From Promethearchaeia archaeon (GTDB lineage Archaea > Asgardarchaeota > Lokiarchaeia > Sigyniarchaeales > SOKP01): a stretch of DNA of 64,000 nucleotides. Both the position numbers and the translations under genes were made by a program. Location of the stretch: contig JAHQWK010000011.1 in NCBI GenBank assembly GCA_029856145.1, positions 117,506-181,505 of the forward strand. Reading direction: 5' to 3'. This document shows, in pieces, positions 39,613 to 50,174 of the stretch; within the stretch, counting starts at the first letter, position 1, and every line of letters begins with the position of its first letter. The notes beneath the pieces were generated by a model that worked only from the letters and a program-made list of their open reading frames with translations, was not told the DNA's origin and made no database searches.

Positions 39613-40293
39613 ATGAGCATTGTTATTGGTTGTTTACTTCGGCATTATAAGATTGGTAAATTTCCCAGCTCCATAATTGATTTTTTAGATGACCTCAAGA
39701 AATATTTGATTGATCATCCGTATAGTGAAGATTTTAACGAGAGTAATATCAAAAGTATCGAAAAGACAATTGAATTCATTCAAGAGGATCCTGTTCTCCA
39801 AAGAACATTATGGATGTCCTTGGATATTCCTCGATGGTTAGGATTATGGAGTGAGGGGAAGAAGATATGTATTGATTTATCAGGGTGCGATCTTCATTAT
39901 CAGAAAATACTATTTCCTTTGCTCTTTCAGGTAGTTAAGAACTCCATCCCTATAAAGAATTCAGATACTCCGATCGGTGTTGTTGTTTTAGAAGATGCTG
40001 ATGATCTCCTTCAGAAAGTACCGTTTGACTATTATAGTAAAAATTTTAAGTTAAATAGAGATTATTATTACCAATTTGAAGAAGAGGCATATTTTCTTGC
40101 AAAAGAGCAATTAATAAAGGTATTTGGAGATAAAGATTACCTAATGAACGTTCAGCTCGAAAGTGTGTTCAATAGGTTAGTTTTTGATGAGTTAATTTAT
40201 AGAAATATCTCTTTTATTACCACATGTAGAGATCCTTTAGAACTCCATTATCCATATAAAACACAATTTCAAATTAAAATAAATTTAGATTAA
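39613..40293 (+). pseudogene. C-terminal fragment of a P-loop ATPase-like protein (possibly HerA-like)
   Basis: ICIDLS and Walker B-like VVVLEDAD but no Walker A; no room for a promoter. Confidence 0.45.
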
Positions 40294-40832
40294 AGAAACT
40301 GATCATAGATTAATGCCAATGTTAACCAAATGCAAAAGAGTAAACCTTTCTATTTTATGTCCTTGAGGAAATCAGTAATTTATAACTCTGGATTTAGGAT
40401 TAATGCACACATTGATACTATCCCTCATGGGGATGTGCGGTATTCCAATTTTCTTCCATATTACTTTCTGAACTTTCGATTTATCTGAAAATAATATACA
40501 AAAATTCCAAAACTTCCTTCTATAATCCATCTGCTAAAGGAAAAGAACAAGATAGCGCAGAGTTAGAAAATATAGTATCCAATGAGTATGTGGCTATGGA
40601 ATTATCTGAGGATGTTTTTGAAGTTTCAATTTAAATATTTAATTAACTCTTATAAATATAAAAAATTAAATCAATAAAAAATATAGTATTTAGAGAAATT
40701 TTAATATATTCTTAATTTTATTTATAAGTAAATTCTAAAAGAATTGGATATATCTTTTTAATAAAATAATCTTATTGAGAATTGTACAATTTAAGCTTGT
40801 AAACATTGATAAAAAGGTGAAAAAATAGCATA

Positions 40833-41489
40833 ATGCCTATTAAGAAGAAATTTCAGCAATGGAAAGAATATTCTAAAATGTCTGATTTAGGAATAATCGT
40901 AAGAAGAAAATTCTTTAATAATGCTTTTGACGGCGCCTTAACTTGTGCTGGAATTGTAAGTGGGATTTTTATAATATTCCTCGCAGATCCTTTAAAATTT
41001 GAGTCTCAACAGGTTCTCATAACAGGATTTGCAACAGCCGCAGCAATTGGAATTAGTGGGTTGTGGGGAGCATTTCTTTCTGAGGAAGCTGAAAGAAAGA
41101 AAAAAGTAATGGACATGAAAAAGGATATGGCGATTGTTAAAGAGGAAAATCTTGATTTAGAGTCTAGGCGTGAAAAAAGTAAAAATAAGAAAGAAAATAA
41201 TTCTAAAACAATAATAGGAAAAGCAGAAAATTTCGCAACAATTGTGGCTTCTTTAGTAGATGGAGGTGCTCCAGTTCTAGGAAGTTCTCTTCCTCTAATT
41301 CCTTTTTTCTTTGGGGTATCTCTGACTTTGTTTCATTTTATATTTTCTTACGTTATACTTGCCGGTTTGCTTATATATTTAGGTGTTTTTTTAGGACAAA
41401 TTTCAGGAGGGGGCCGTTTAAGATATGCTTTGCATTTAATAACCGCAGGTGTGGTAACTCTAATAGTTTCGATACTACTTGGTCTCTAA
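40833..41489 (+). CDS. VIT1/CCC1-family metal transporter (archaeal type)
   Basis: RRKFFNNAFDGAL, ISGLWGAFLSEEAE, PLIPF. Confidence 0.8.
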   Translation: MPIKKKFQQWKEYSKMSDLGIIVRRKFFNNAFDGALTCAGIVSGIFIIFLADPLKFESQQVLITGFATAAAIGISGLWGAFLSEEAERKKKVMDMKKDMAIVKEENLDLESRREKSKNKKENNSKTIIGKAENFATIVASLVDGGAPVLGSSLPLIPFFFGVSLTLFHFIFSYVILAGLLIYLGVFLGQISGGGRLRYALHLITAGVVTLIVSILLGL

Positions 41490-41604
41490 GATTATAAGGT
41501 GTATCAAAATTTTAATTGATAATCATCTCTTTAATTGAAAAATAAGATTTGAATAGATTAAATAAGAAATTCTACTCCCGATTGTAGTTTAAATAGTAAA
41601 TAAA

Positions 41605-42318
41605 ATGTTAGAAAAAATCAGAACTTACGCAAAAATTACGAATTTATGGGCAATTGCTAGACGATATTTTGTAAATAACTTTTATGATGGGATGTTAACA
41701 GTTTTAGGAATTTTATTAGGTTTTTTTGTTATAGTGTTAAAGGGAGATCAACCGACGATTGATAGTCATCTTGTTATTTTAACCGGGGTGGGGAGTTCCA
41801 TATCAATGCTCATTTCAGGTTTAACTGGATCATATCTTTCAGAGAAGGCTGAACAAAAAAAAATTAAAGAAGAATTAAAAAAAGCAATGGTAATAGATGT
41901 TAGTGAGGAACAAGAAGAGATTGAAGGGGATTCTGATAATATTAAAGAGATTGAAAAAGCAATGTTGATTAAAATAAATCAGAATATAATTTCAAAAGCA
42001 CAAATCAGACGGAGAAAAGAGAAGAAAAAATTTAAAACCCTTCAAGAAAAAGCTGAGAAATTTTCAAGTGTAATTGTTTCTTGCATAAATGGAGGTTCTC
42101 CATTTTTAGGAGGGTTAATACCTTTAATTCCTTTTTTATGCGTACCATCTGCCAATTTATTAATTTTTATTATATCCTTTTTAATAATCCTTATTTGTGT
42201 AATTTTACTTGGAGTCTTTTTAGGAGTAGTTTCTAAAGAATCAATTATCAAAAATGTACTTCAGATGACATTTGCCTTTTTTATAACCATTTTAATTTCT
42301 ATCTTTTTATTAAGTTAA
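41605..42318 (+). CDS. VIT1/CCC1-family metal transporter (archaeal type), paralog
   Basis: RRYFVNNFYDGML, ISGLTGSYLSEKAE, PLIPF. Confidence 0.8.
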   Translation: MLEKIRTYAKITNLWAIARRYFVNNFYDGMLTVLGILLGFFVIVLKGDQPTIDSHLVILTGVGSSISMLISGLTGSYLSEKAEQKKIKEELKKAMVIDVSEEQEEIEGDSDNIKEIEKAMLIKINQNIISKAQIRRRKEKKKFKTLQEKAEKFSSVIVSCINGGSPFLGGLIPLIPFLCVPSANLLIFIISFLIILICVILLGVFLGVVSKESIIKNVLQMTFAFFITILISIFLLS

Positions 42319-42383
42319 ATTATTATCATAAATTTTAATTTTTGATTTTCATTTTACACATTAGCTAGATTACATACTATAGG

Positions 42384-43187
42384 ATGAATGGAAAATTGAA
42401 GACTTGTGGAGTAGACATTGGATCATTAGAAACAAAAGTAGTATTGCTTGACGATAAGAATATTATGGGCTATCGGGTAGGGCGATCTACCTTTGATTTT
42501 AAACGTGTTGGGAATAATCTATTTAATGAGCTATTAGAACAATGTAACCTAAAAAAGAGTGATGTTTATGTAATGTCAACTGGTTATGGCAGAAATACTG
42601 TATCTTTTGCTGATGACCGCATTACAGAAATCACAGCGCATGCTCGTGGAGTGCAATTTTTCTTCCCAGAAGCTCAATCTGTAATTGATATAGGAGGCCA
42701 AGATAGTAAAGCAATTGTAATATCCAAGAAAACTGGTAGTGTTATTGATTTCCAGATGAATGATAAGTGCGCCGCTGGAACAGGTCGTTTTATAGAAGTA
42801 ATGGCAGGAGCTCTTGAAGTTCCGATCCAGCAAATTGGAGATTTAGCACTTAAATCTAATAATCCAGCATCAATTAGTTCGACCTGTACTGTTTTTGCTG
42901 AATCTGAAGTTATATCTCTTTTTGCAAAAGGAACTAAAAAAGAAGATATCGCTGCGGGAATTCATAAATCAATCGCAAAGCGGGTTGCAGGGATGGCTAA
43001 ACGTATCGGAGTTGCACCTCTTTTAGTTTTTTGTGGCGGAGTTGCTAAAAATATAGGAGTTAAGAAATTTTTAGAACAAGAGTTAGGGTTTGAGATTGTC
43101 ATACCAGTGCTTAATGGAGAAAGTAAGGCCCAACTAACTGGAGCAATTGGTGCAGCTTTGATTGCTCAAAACCAAAATAACAGCTAA
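42384..43187 (+). CDS. 2-hydroxyacyl-CoA dehydratase activator (HgdC/HadI-type ASKHA ATPase, 4Fe-4S)
   Basis: GVDIGS, STGYGR, IDIGGQDSK, MNDKCAAGTGRF, SSTCTVFAESE, GGVAKN. Confidence 0.93.
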   Translation: MNGKLKTCGVDIGSLETKVVLLDDKNIMGYRVGRSTFDFKRVGNNLFNELLEQCNLKKSDVYVMSTGYGRNTVSFADDRITEITAHARGVQFFFPEAQSVIDIGGQDSKAIVISKKTGSVIDFQMNDKCAAGTGRFIEVMAGALEVPIQQIGDLALKSNNPASISSTCTVFAESEVISLFAKGTKKEDIAAGIHKSIAKRVAGMAKRIGVAPLLVFCGGVAKNIGVKKFLEQELGFEIVIPVLNGESKAQLTGAIGAALIAQNQNNS

Positions 43188-43294
43188 ATTCTTTTACTAG
43201 TTTATTTGTAATTTTATGTTTTGGTTTATTATAATAAATTTTATGAATAATTAACTCTTTTTTGATTAATAATTCAAAGTTATAAAAAATTATA

Positions 43295-44431
43295 ATGGAT
43301 AATTTAGAGCTTTTATCTGATTACGCAACATTTTTAAGAGAAAAAAAGCAAGAAGGAAAAAGAATTATTGCATTTATTTCTCATGATAATATACCTGAAG
43401 AGTTGTTAGATGCTGCTGGTTTCATTCCTTTAAGGTTAATCTTTGCGGGAAATGATGATTTAATGGATGCTAGCCATGATTATTTACCTCCTTCCACTTG
43501 TGCATTTGCTCAGTCTTGTATTGGATTCTTTTCGATAAAACCTAGGCAATATGAATTTTTAGATTTAATTGATTATTTCATCATTTCAAATCATTGTGTT
43601 TCAGATATTTGTGCCTCTGAAATAATTTCTAAATATTTTAATATACCTTCTTTGAAATTCTATATCTCATATACTAAAAATAAGAATAGTTTGAAATATT
43701 TCAAATTGGAATTAATGGAGTTGAAAAAACAATTAGAAATAATCAATGGAAACAAAATTAAGGATGAGGTTTTTATACAGAGTATTAAAAATTATAATTC
43801 CTTTAAGAAAAAGTTATTAGATTTTAGTTTTTTAAATATTAAAGGTACAGAAAAGCTAAAAATCATTCAAAGTGCTATGCTATATGGACCTTTATTTCTT
43901 CCCAAATTAGAGTCATATATTCAAAAGCATAAGGAGAATCAAATTCAAAAACTTACTGATTTAAAGGATATTTTAATAACAGGAGGATCTATCTTTATTA
44001 ATGATTATCTAATTGATTTAATAGAAGAAGGGGGAGGAAATATTGTTTTTTTTGATTCCTGGATTGGAAATAACTATTATTCCCAAATTTTTGAAGATAA
44101 TATTATAGATTCAATAGGAAACCCGTATGATTTATTAGTTCACCGCTTTAAAAATAATAAATTTGGAGATCATTCAGTTCCTAACTTTCTAGAAAATAAA
44201 ATATCTCAGATTGAGAAAATCTATCAAGATCATCTAAAGAAAACAGGAAGAAAGTTAGGGATCATAAATCATATTATAAAATTCTGTGATCACATCTCAA
44301 TTATGTCTTCACATTTTAAAAATGGATTACAAGAAAAAGGGATTCAAGTTTTAAATTTAGAAAGAGATTATTCAAGAGCTATTCGTGGTCAGCTTACTAC
44401 TAGGATAGAAGCATTTTTGGAGATGATTTAA
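43295..44431 (+). CDS. 2-hydroxyacyl-CoA dehydratase subunit (HGD-D family, beta-like)
   Basis: PEELLDAAGFIP, TCAF, IKFCD, GQLTTRIEAFLEM. Confidence 0.85.
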   Translation: MDNLELLSDYATFLREKKQEGKRIIAFISHDNIPEELLDAAGFIPLRLIFAGNDDLMDASHDYLPPSTCAFAQSCIGFFSIKPRQYEFLDLIDYFIISNHCVSDICASEIISKYFNIPSLKFYISYTKNKNSLKYFKLELMELKKQLEIINGNKIKDEVFIQSIKNYNSFKKKLLDFSFLNIKGTEKLKIIQSAMLYGPLFLPKLESYIQKHKENQIQKLTDLKDILITGGSIFINDYLIDLIEEGGGNIVFFDSWIGNNYYSQIFEDNIIDSIGNPYDLLVHRFKNNKFGDHSVPNFLENKISQIEKIYQDHLKKTGRKLGIINHIIKFCDHISIMSSHFKNGLQEKGIQVLNLERDYSRAIRGQLTTRIEAFLEMI

Positions 44432-44434
44432 AGC

Positions 44435-45805
44435 GTGAGTCTTATAGCTGATGAGATTGTTAGATTTAGTTCCGTGCTGAGAATTTCGTATAATCTTTTA
44501 ACAGGTAGAGATTATTTAAAAAGAAAGAAATTTCGAGAGAAAAAGAAATTAATTTCAGTAGCATTACCATTTTCTGATTTAGTTTATGGATTTCCTGATT
44601 TAGTTCCTGTATTTCCAATTAGAACACATGCTTTTAAAATACATAGATATCTAACATATTTAGGTTCTACAGCTAGCATATTCGGTTGGGAAAACGTTTC
44701 TAAATTCTTGGGTTTTGTAAAAAACCTTGGTATTGGAGATGTTAGCAAAATTATTGATGAAATAATTGATAGTGTAATAGATACGGTAAATGATAAATAT
44801 AATGAAATGTATGATCTTGGAATCGAAAGTGGTGTTCCAACTGATTTTTGTTATGGAATAAAATCTCTCTATGGAATGCATGTTTCAAAAGGAAAGAATT
44901 ATGATGCTAATTTAAATTATACCATTCGATGTAGTGCTTGGAATAAATATTTAGAATCCTTAAAAACAATTGAAAATCCTGCAAAACAAATTTGGATTGA
45001 TATTCCTCCAAGAAATATTGGAAATGCGATAGAATTATTGACAGAGAATCTTTATGATGGTATTAGAGAATTAGAAAAGATAAGTGGGAATAGTTATGAT
45101 GAAAACATTCTACGGAATCATTTTCATGTTGCTAATGATATAAGAAACTATTATAAAACTATTCTTTATGATATAAGTTTATCCGAATTTTATCCTTGTA
45201 ATCCTGCTACATTTAGTGAAATATTAGTGATACTAAACAATAGTTTTCAGGATTATAATTCTAATGCAAATCGATATCGGGATAATATGGCATCATTAGT
45301 AAAGGAAATGAAAGAGAGAATTAGAAATAAAATTGGTATGGATGTTAGTAATATGCCTCGAATTTTAATTACTCCAATGTTTGGTGGATGGGAGCCAAAA
45401 ACTCATGAAATAATTTATGAATTAGGAGGCCGGGCATTATATGCTGATTGGGATATTTTATTACTTTTAGATGATATTCCTATTACTAAAATTTCTGATC
45501 CCGTCGAAGCCTATGCTCATTATTTAATGAATGCGACAACGAATGGGATTGGATGTGATAATAATGCTCTGACAGATTCATATTTGAGGATAGCAAAAAA
45601 GCTTAATGTGGATGGCTTAATTTTCTTTGAGCTTTACGGTTGCCATTCAATATCGAATTGTTTTACAATGCTCAAAGAAAAGATCCGTCGAGAACTAGAA
45701 ATCCCAAGCATTTCTCTTACTTTTAATAAAATAGGTGAAAATATTGAGCAAGTAAAGACTAGATTAGGTGCATTTATGGAAATGAATTTAAGTAGAAATT
45801 TATGA
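44435..45805 (+). CDS. 2-hydroxyacyl-CoA dehydratase subunit (HGD-D family)
   Basis: DFCYG, IRCS, IDIPP, VDGLI..GCH, QVKTRLGAFME. Confidence 0.8.
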   Translation: MSLIADEIVRFSSVLRISYNLLTGRDYLKRKKFREKKKLISVALPFSDLVYGFPDLVPVFPIRTHAFKIHRYLTYLGSTASIFGWENVSKFLGFVKNLGIGDVSKIIDEIIDSVIDTVNDKYNEMYDLGIESGVPTDFCYGIKSLYGMHVSKGKNYDANLNYTIRCSAWNKYLESLKTIENPAKQIWIDIPPRNIGNAIELLTENLYDGIRELEKISGNSYDENILRNHFHVANDIRNYYKTILYDISLSEFYPCNPATFSEILVILNNSFQDYNSNANRYRDNMASLVKEMKERIRNKIGMDVSNMPRILITPMFGGWEPKTHEIIYELGGRALYADWDILLLLDDIPITKISDPVEAYAHYLMNATTNGIGCDNNALTDSYLRIAKKLNVDGLIFFELYGCHSISNCFTMLKEKIRRELEIPSISLTFNKIGENIEQVKTRLGAFMEMNLSRNL

Positions 45806-45961
45806 AAAGATCTTAATTTCTTACTAAAAATATATAACTTAATAATTTTTTAATAATAATTTCTTTCAATGTTACAAGAGATTTATTACCTCAGCAAGGA
45901 TGAGATCCGAATCTGAATCTTTAATTGATAGATTGTTTGGTGATATATTCTTTTAATTATA

Positions 45962-46372
45962 ATGAAAAATAGTGCGGAAAAAATGGAAAGTAAAGAACCT
46001 AAAAAGCTCAAATGCAATAATCTATTTGCCTATGGTACATTACAACATGGACAAAGTCGGAATTATATTCTTAGAGGTCTAAAGTATGAAAAAGCCACCT
46101 TATTCAACTATAGAAAAGCGAAACCTCCTTCTCTGGACTTTCCATTTATTATTCGTGATGATTCATCTAAAGTTCAAGGTGAAATATATTTTGATTTGGG
46201 ACAATCCCTTATTAATTATATCGATATAATAGAAGGAGAAGGGGAATTATATTACAGAATTCTAGTGAATGTCAAGTTAGATAATGGAATAGATTTAGAC
46301 GCTTATACATATTGCCCTTCTGATATTTTAATTAAAAATTACTTAGACAATTTGGATGATATTAATGGTTGA
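45962..46372 (+). CDS. Gamma-glutamylcyclotransferase family protein
   Basis: LFAYGTL, VQGEIY, DIIEG..LYYR. Confidence 0.85.
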   Translation: MKNSAEKMESKEPKKLKCNNLFAYGTLQHGQSRNYILRGLKYEKATLFNYRKAKPPSLDFPFIIRDDSSKVQGEIYFDLGQSLINYIDIIEGEGELYYRILVNVKLDNGIDLDAYTYCPSDILIKNYLDNLDDING

Positions 46373-47102
46373 AAAAAATTCTTCTGATAATGATAAACTT
46401 AAGCAAATCCTTATAATCGACAATTATTCTCGAGGTTTTCCAACAGATAGAATAACACGAATAGAATCAATTATAAGAGATTGTCTAACAGAAGTAGAGT
46501 TTAAAACAATCCATTTTACTCAATTTAAATCAGAATTGACAGAAAATTATATAGGAATAATACTTTCGGGGTCTGAATTGAATGTTTCTAGTTTTTACTA
46601 TAATGAAAGAATAAAAAAGAAATTTAAACCCCAATTAGAATTAATTCAACAAAAAATTCAGACACCAATCCTTGCATTGTGCTTTGGATTTCATTTAGTA
46701 GCGTATGCTTATGGGGCTCAAATAGGTAGAATGAGAATACTCGGTTTAGGAGGAAGGATTATTTTTATCTTAATTAAAGAAAAAGATGAGCTAATTACTC
46801 AAAAAAATATTCCGGTAAACGCCCATCACCTTGATTTTGTATCTCCTAATGATTATAAAATTCAAAAAAATTTCAAGATTCTCAGTACTTCCAGAACAAT
46901 GGGCTACAATATTGTTCAATATATACGACACATTAAAAAACCAATTTTTGCACTTCAATTTCATCCTGAAACTCATAATCCTTACTATTTTCATCCAAGT
47001 TTGTTTGATGAACGAATTGCTAACAAGACTAGAATAATCGGACAAGAGATCATTGAAAATTTCATATGGTTGTGTTTGCATAAAAGAAATAATTTAGAAT
47101 AA
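46356..47102 (+). CDS. Class I glutamine amidotransferase-like protein
   Basis: ILIIDN, GIILSGS, LALCFGFH, LQFHPE (Cys-His-Glu triad). Confidence 0.85.
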   Translation: MILMVEKNSSDNDKLKQILIIDNYSRGFPTDRITRIESIIRDCLTEVEFKTIHFTQFKSELTENYIGIILSGSELNVSSFYYNERIKKKFKPQLELIQQKIQTPILALCFGFHLVAYAYGAQIGRMRILGLGGRIIFILIKEKDELITQKNIPVNAHHLDFVSPNDYKIQKNFKILSTSRTMGYNIVQYIRHIKKPIFALQFHPETHNPYYFHPSLFDERIANKTRIIGQEIIENFIWLCLHKRNNLE

Positions 47103-47165
47103 ATTTTCACTGTGAATTTTTTTTAATTCTCAAAATTCTTAAATTTTTTTCTACATTTGGTTTCT

Positions 47166-47651
47166 TTATTCTTCCTTTTCTTTTAAAAAGACCATCTTTC
47201 TTCCTGAATGAGCCACATCAAAGTAATTCTTATAATTTTCGATTTCTTCATGAATTTCTGCTAATTCTTCATTTTCCAACATTTTATTGAAAATATTTTG
47301 AAGGGATATGTATAGTTCAGGAATAAAAGTATTAATTTGAGATAATTGATAAGCTAATTCTTTAATAGAAGAAAAATCTAATCTTAAATCAATTTCTTTT
47401 TTTTTAATTTGTCCAATTATTTTTTTCTCAAGTTTTCTTCTAGAAATATTACTCCAAGTTAATTCATAGAAGAAATAGTTTACACTTTGCACAGACTCTG
47501 TTAAAAGTGCCATTCCTGTAGCAATTGCAATACTACCAGTAATAAGATATGCTGTCAGAGTCCCGAGTACTAATGTTAATGATCTATAAATGAGACTTTT
47601 AATTAGACTTTCCTTCCATTCTATTTTACGCGATTTCATTTTGGTTTTCAC
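47166..47651 (-). CDS. DUF2061-like membrane protein with soluble C-terminal extension
   Basis: SLIKSLIYR..AYLITGS..YFFYELTW. Confidence 0.7.
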   Translation of the reverse strand: MKTKMKSRKIEWKESLIKSLIYRSLTLVLGTLTAYLITGSIAIATGMALLTESVQSVNYFFYELTWSNISRRKLEKKIIGQIKKKEIDLRLDFSSIKELAYQLSQINTFIPELYISLQNIFNKMLENEELAEIHEEIENYKNYFDVAHSGRKMVFLKEKEE

Positions 47652-48073
47652 TTAAAATGATAATTTAAATTTAAGTTTATATTCTCAATATTCTCCTTCA
47701 ATTAGTATGAGCAAATTATTTAATTATAGCAAGATAGAGCAAATCTTTTTTAAATGAAATAATCTCAAATTTATTAGCTACCTTTTTGAAGGACATTTTA
47801 CTGAATTATATCAATAAGAATATTTAAATCTTGGTCTCGTTTAAATAAGTTCGGCTTCAAATTTTTATTTTATCGAATTCTATATTTTCTATAAATATTT
47901 TAAATAATTTGAGCTCTATCAGTATTGGAAATTGAAAAAAAGAAAAAGACATAATAATTTATGATGATGAATTATGAATGGTTATAAAATCTTTAAAAAT
48001 AATATTAGAATAATAGATTATATTATAAAAGAGTAATAATGATTCTTTTACCCATTTTGGAGATAATATAAAA

Positions 48074-49429
48074 ATGAGTATATATGCCGATGATATTGCT
48101 AACTTTACGTCAGTCTTAAAAATTGCATACAATTTCTTAACGGGTAGAGATTATTTACAAAGGAAGAAATTAAAAGAAAGAAAGACTTTAATTTCTGTTG
48201 CTTCTGGATTCCCGGATTTGGTGTTTGCTGCGGACTCAATTCCTGTTTTTCCGATTCGCATGGAAAAATTTAAACTTAATTTATATTTGCTCGCGTTAAA
48301 TTCAGCAACAAGTCTATTCGGTTGGAATCTTACAACTAAATTATTAGGAATAGTAAGGCAAGTAGACTTTTTAAAAATAGTAGATAATGTTTTAAATGAT
48401 GTGATTAACTCGATCAATTCAAAATATAATTTATTATACGAACGAGCAATCAAAAAAAATGTGTCACCAGATTTTTGCTTTGGGATTAAATCTATTTATG
48501 GAATGCATGTTTCAGAAGCAAATAATTGTGATTGTACTTTAAATTTCACTTTACGATGTAATAAATATAATCAATATCTTAAATCTTTAAGAGCAATAAT
48601 ACCAAATCAAGTTTGGGTAGACATTCCCCCAATTGATAAAGAAAATAAAGAAAAAACCTTAGAAATTATGGTTAATAATGTCCAAAAAGCTATTTCAGAA
48701 ATTGAAAATATAACAGGAAATATTGTAACAGATAATAGCTTAAATAAGCAATTTCGAATAGGGAATCAAGTAAAAAGATATTACAAATCAATTATTTATG
48801 ATATTAGCACTTCAGATTTCTATCCTTGTAATCCTGCTACATTTGCAGAAATCTTAGCTTTATTGACGATCTCTTTCCAAGATTATAATTCCAATGCCCA
48901 GAGATACTTGGAAAATATTAGCCAATTAGTAAAAGAAATGAGAGATCGTATAGATCGGGGTATTGGGATGGATGTATCCAATATGCCAAGAATATTATTA
49001 ACTCCAATATTCAATGGTTGGGAACCAGAAAGCCAAGAAATTATATATCAATTAGGAGGTAAAGTAATTTATTCAGATTGGGACATATTAGGTTTATTAG
49101 AAGAAATTCCAGTTTCAAAAGACTCTAATCCAGTTGAGGAGTATGCCCGATTCCTCTTAAATGCCTCAAATAAAGGCTTATTATGTTTAAATAATTGTGA
49201 CGCATTAATCAAATCTTACCAAAAATATATTAAAAGAACGAGAATCGATGGTATTATTATTAATGAACTTGCAAATTGTCATCTAGATTCTAATTGTTAT
49301 GATTTACTAAAAAATAAATTTAGAACTAATCTTAGAATACCATCAATTAGTATTAAATTTAAGAAGATTGGTGAGAATATAGAAAATCTTAAGGCTAAAT
49401 TAGGACCTTTTATGGAGTTATTTAGTTAA
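48074..49429 (+). CDS. 2-hydroxyacyl-CoA dehydratase subunit, paralog of 44435-45805
   Basis: Shares LTGRDYL, FYPCNPATF, GMDVSNMPRIL, GWEP. Confidence 0.8.
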   Translation: MSIYADDIANFTSVLKIAYNFLTGRDYLQRKKLKERKTLISVASGFPDLVFAADSIPVFPIRMEKFKLNLYLLALNSATSLFGWNLTTKLLGIVRQVDFLKIVDNVLNDVINSINSKYNLLYERAIKKNVSPDFCFGIKSIYGMHVSEANNCDCTLNFTLRCNKYNQYLKSLRAIIPNQVWVDIPPIDKENKEKTLEIMVNNVQKAISEIENITGNIVTDNSLNKQFRIGNQVKRYYKSIIYDISTSDFYPCNPATFAEILALLTISFQDYNSNAQRYLENISQLVKEMRDRIDRGIGMDVSNMPRILLTPIFNGWEPESQEIIYQLGGKVIYSDWDILGLLEEIPVSKDSNPVEEYARFLLNASNKGLLCLNNCDALIKSYQKYIKRTRIDGIIINELANCHLDSNCYDLLKNKFRTNLRIPSISIKFKKIGENIENLKAKLGPFMELFS

Positions 49430-49441
49430 ATTAAAAGAGAA

Positions 49442-50011
49442 TTATGTACCGAAAAAGTCAGATGGTTTTAGCAGGTGCTGATCTTCTTTCTCCTTTTTTG
49501 CCTTTTCATGGGGATCTACCCATTCTGATTCACCTTTAGATGCTGGTGCGCTTGCTCCTCCTGGAGTTTTTAATCCTTGTGGCTTTAAATTAATATCGGC
49601 AGAAATAGATTCTGGTTGTTGTCCCACTGCCACTGGTGCGGCTTGTACGTAAGTAACACCTCCTGCTTTCAAGAATTTTAATTCACTTAAAACCTTTTCA
49701 AGATTCATTGATTGAACACTTTTATTCATTGTATCCATTATTTCCTTTAGGGATTTTGATGTTTCTCTTAATCCTTTTGGATTTATTCCTGTAAGTAATG
49801 AATCTAAATTGGCACTTATGTTATCATTTAATTCTTTTAACGATCCCAACACTGTATTCCAATGTTTATTCATTTGAGATTCAATGGCACTAATCATTTT
49901 AATTGTTTCATTCATGAAATTGACGTGAGCTTCGTATCGTTCCTCGTCCTTTGCACGTAAATCTGATATAAGCATTATTAACTTCCGTAATGCTTCTTTC
50001 TCTTCACTCAT
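49442..50011 (-). CDS. Hypothetical protein (helical N-terminus, low-complexity tail)
   Basis: 189-aa ORF with a GAGTTGA SD-like site. Confidence 0.7.
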   Translation of the reverse strand: MSEEKEALRKLIMLISDLRAKDEERYEAHVNFMNETIKMISAIESQMNKHWNTVLGSLKELNDNISANLDSLLTGINPKGLRETSKSLKEIMDTMNKSVQSMNLEKVLSELKFLKAGGVTYVQAAPVAVGQQPESISADINLKPQGLKTPGGASAPASKGESEWVDPHEKAKKEKEDQHLLKPSDFFGT

Positions 50012-50174
50012 TAAATATCAACTCAAATCTTTATCTAATTTTAAATATAATTTATCTATAATTTTATTTTTTCTATTATATTTATGATTATAAAGAAATT
50101 TATATGTATCTTTTCCATTAATAAACAGATTCATAATAAAATCATTAACTAATAAAAATAAGTTAGATATTAAA

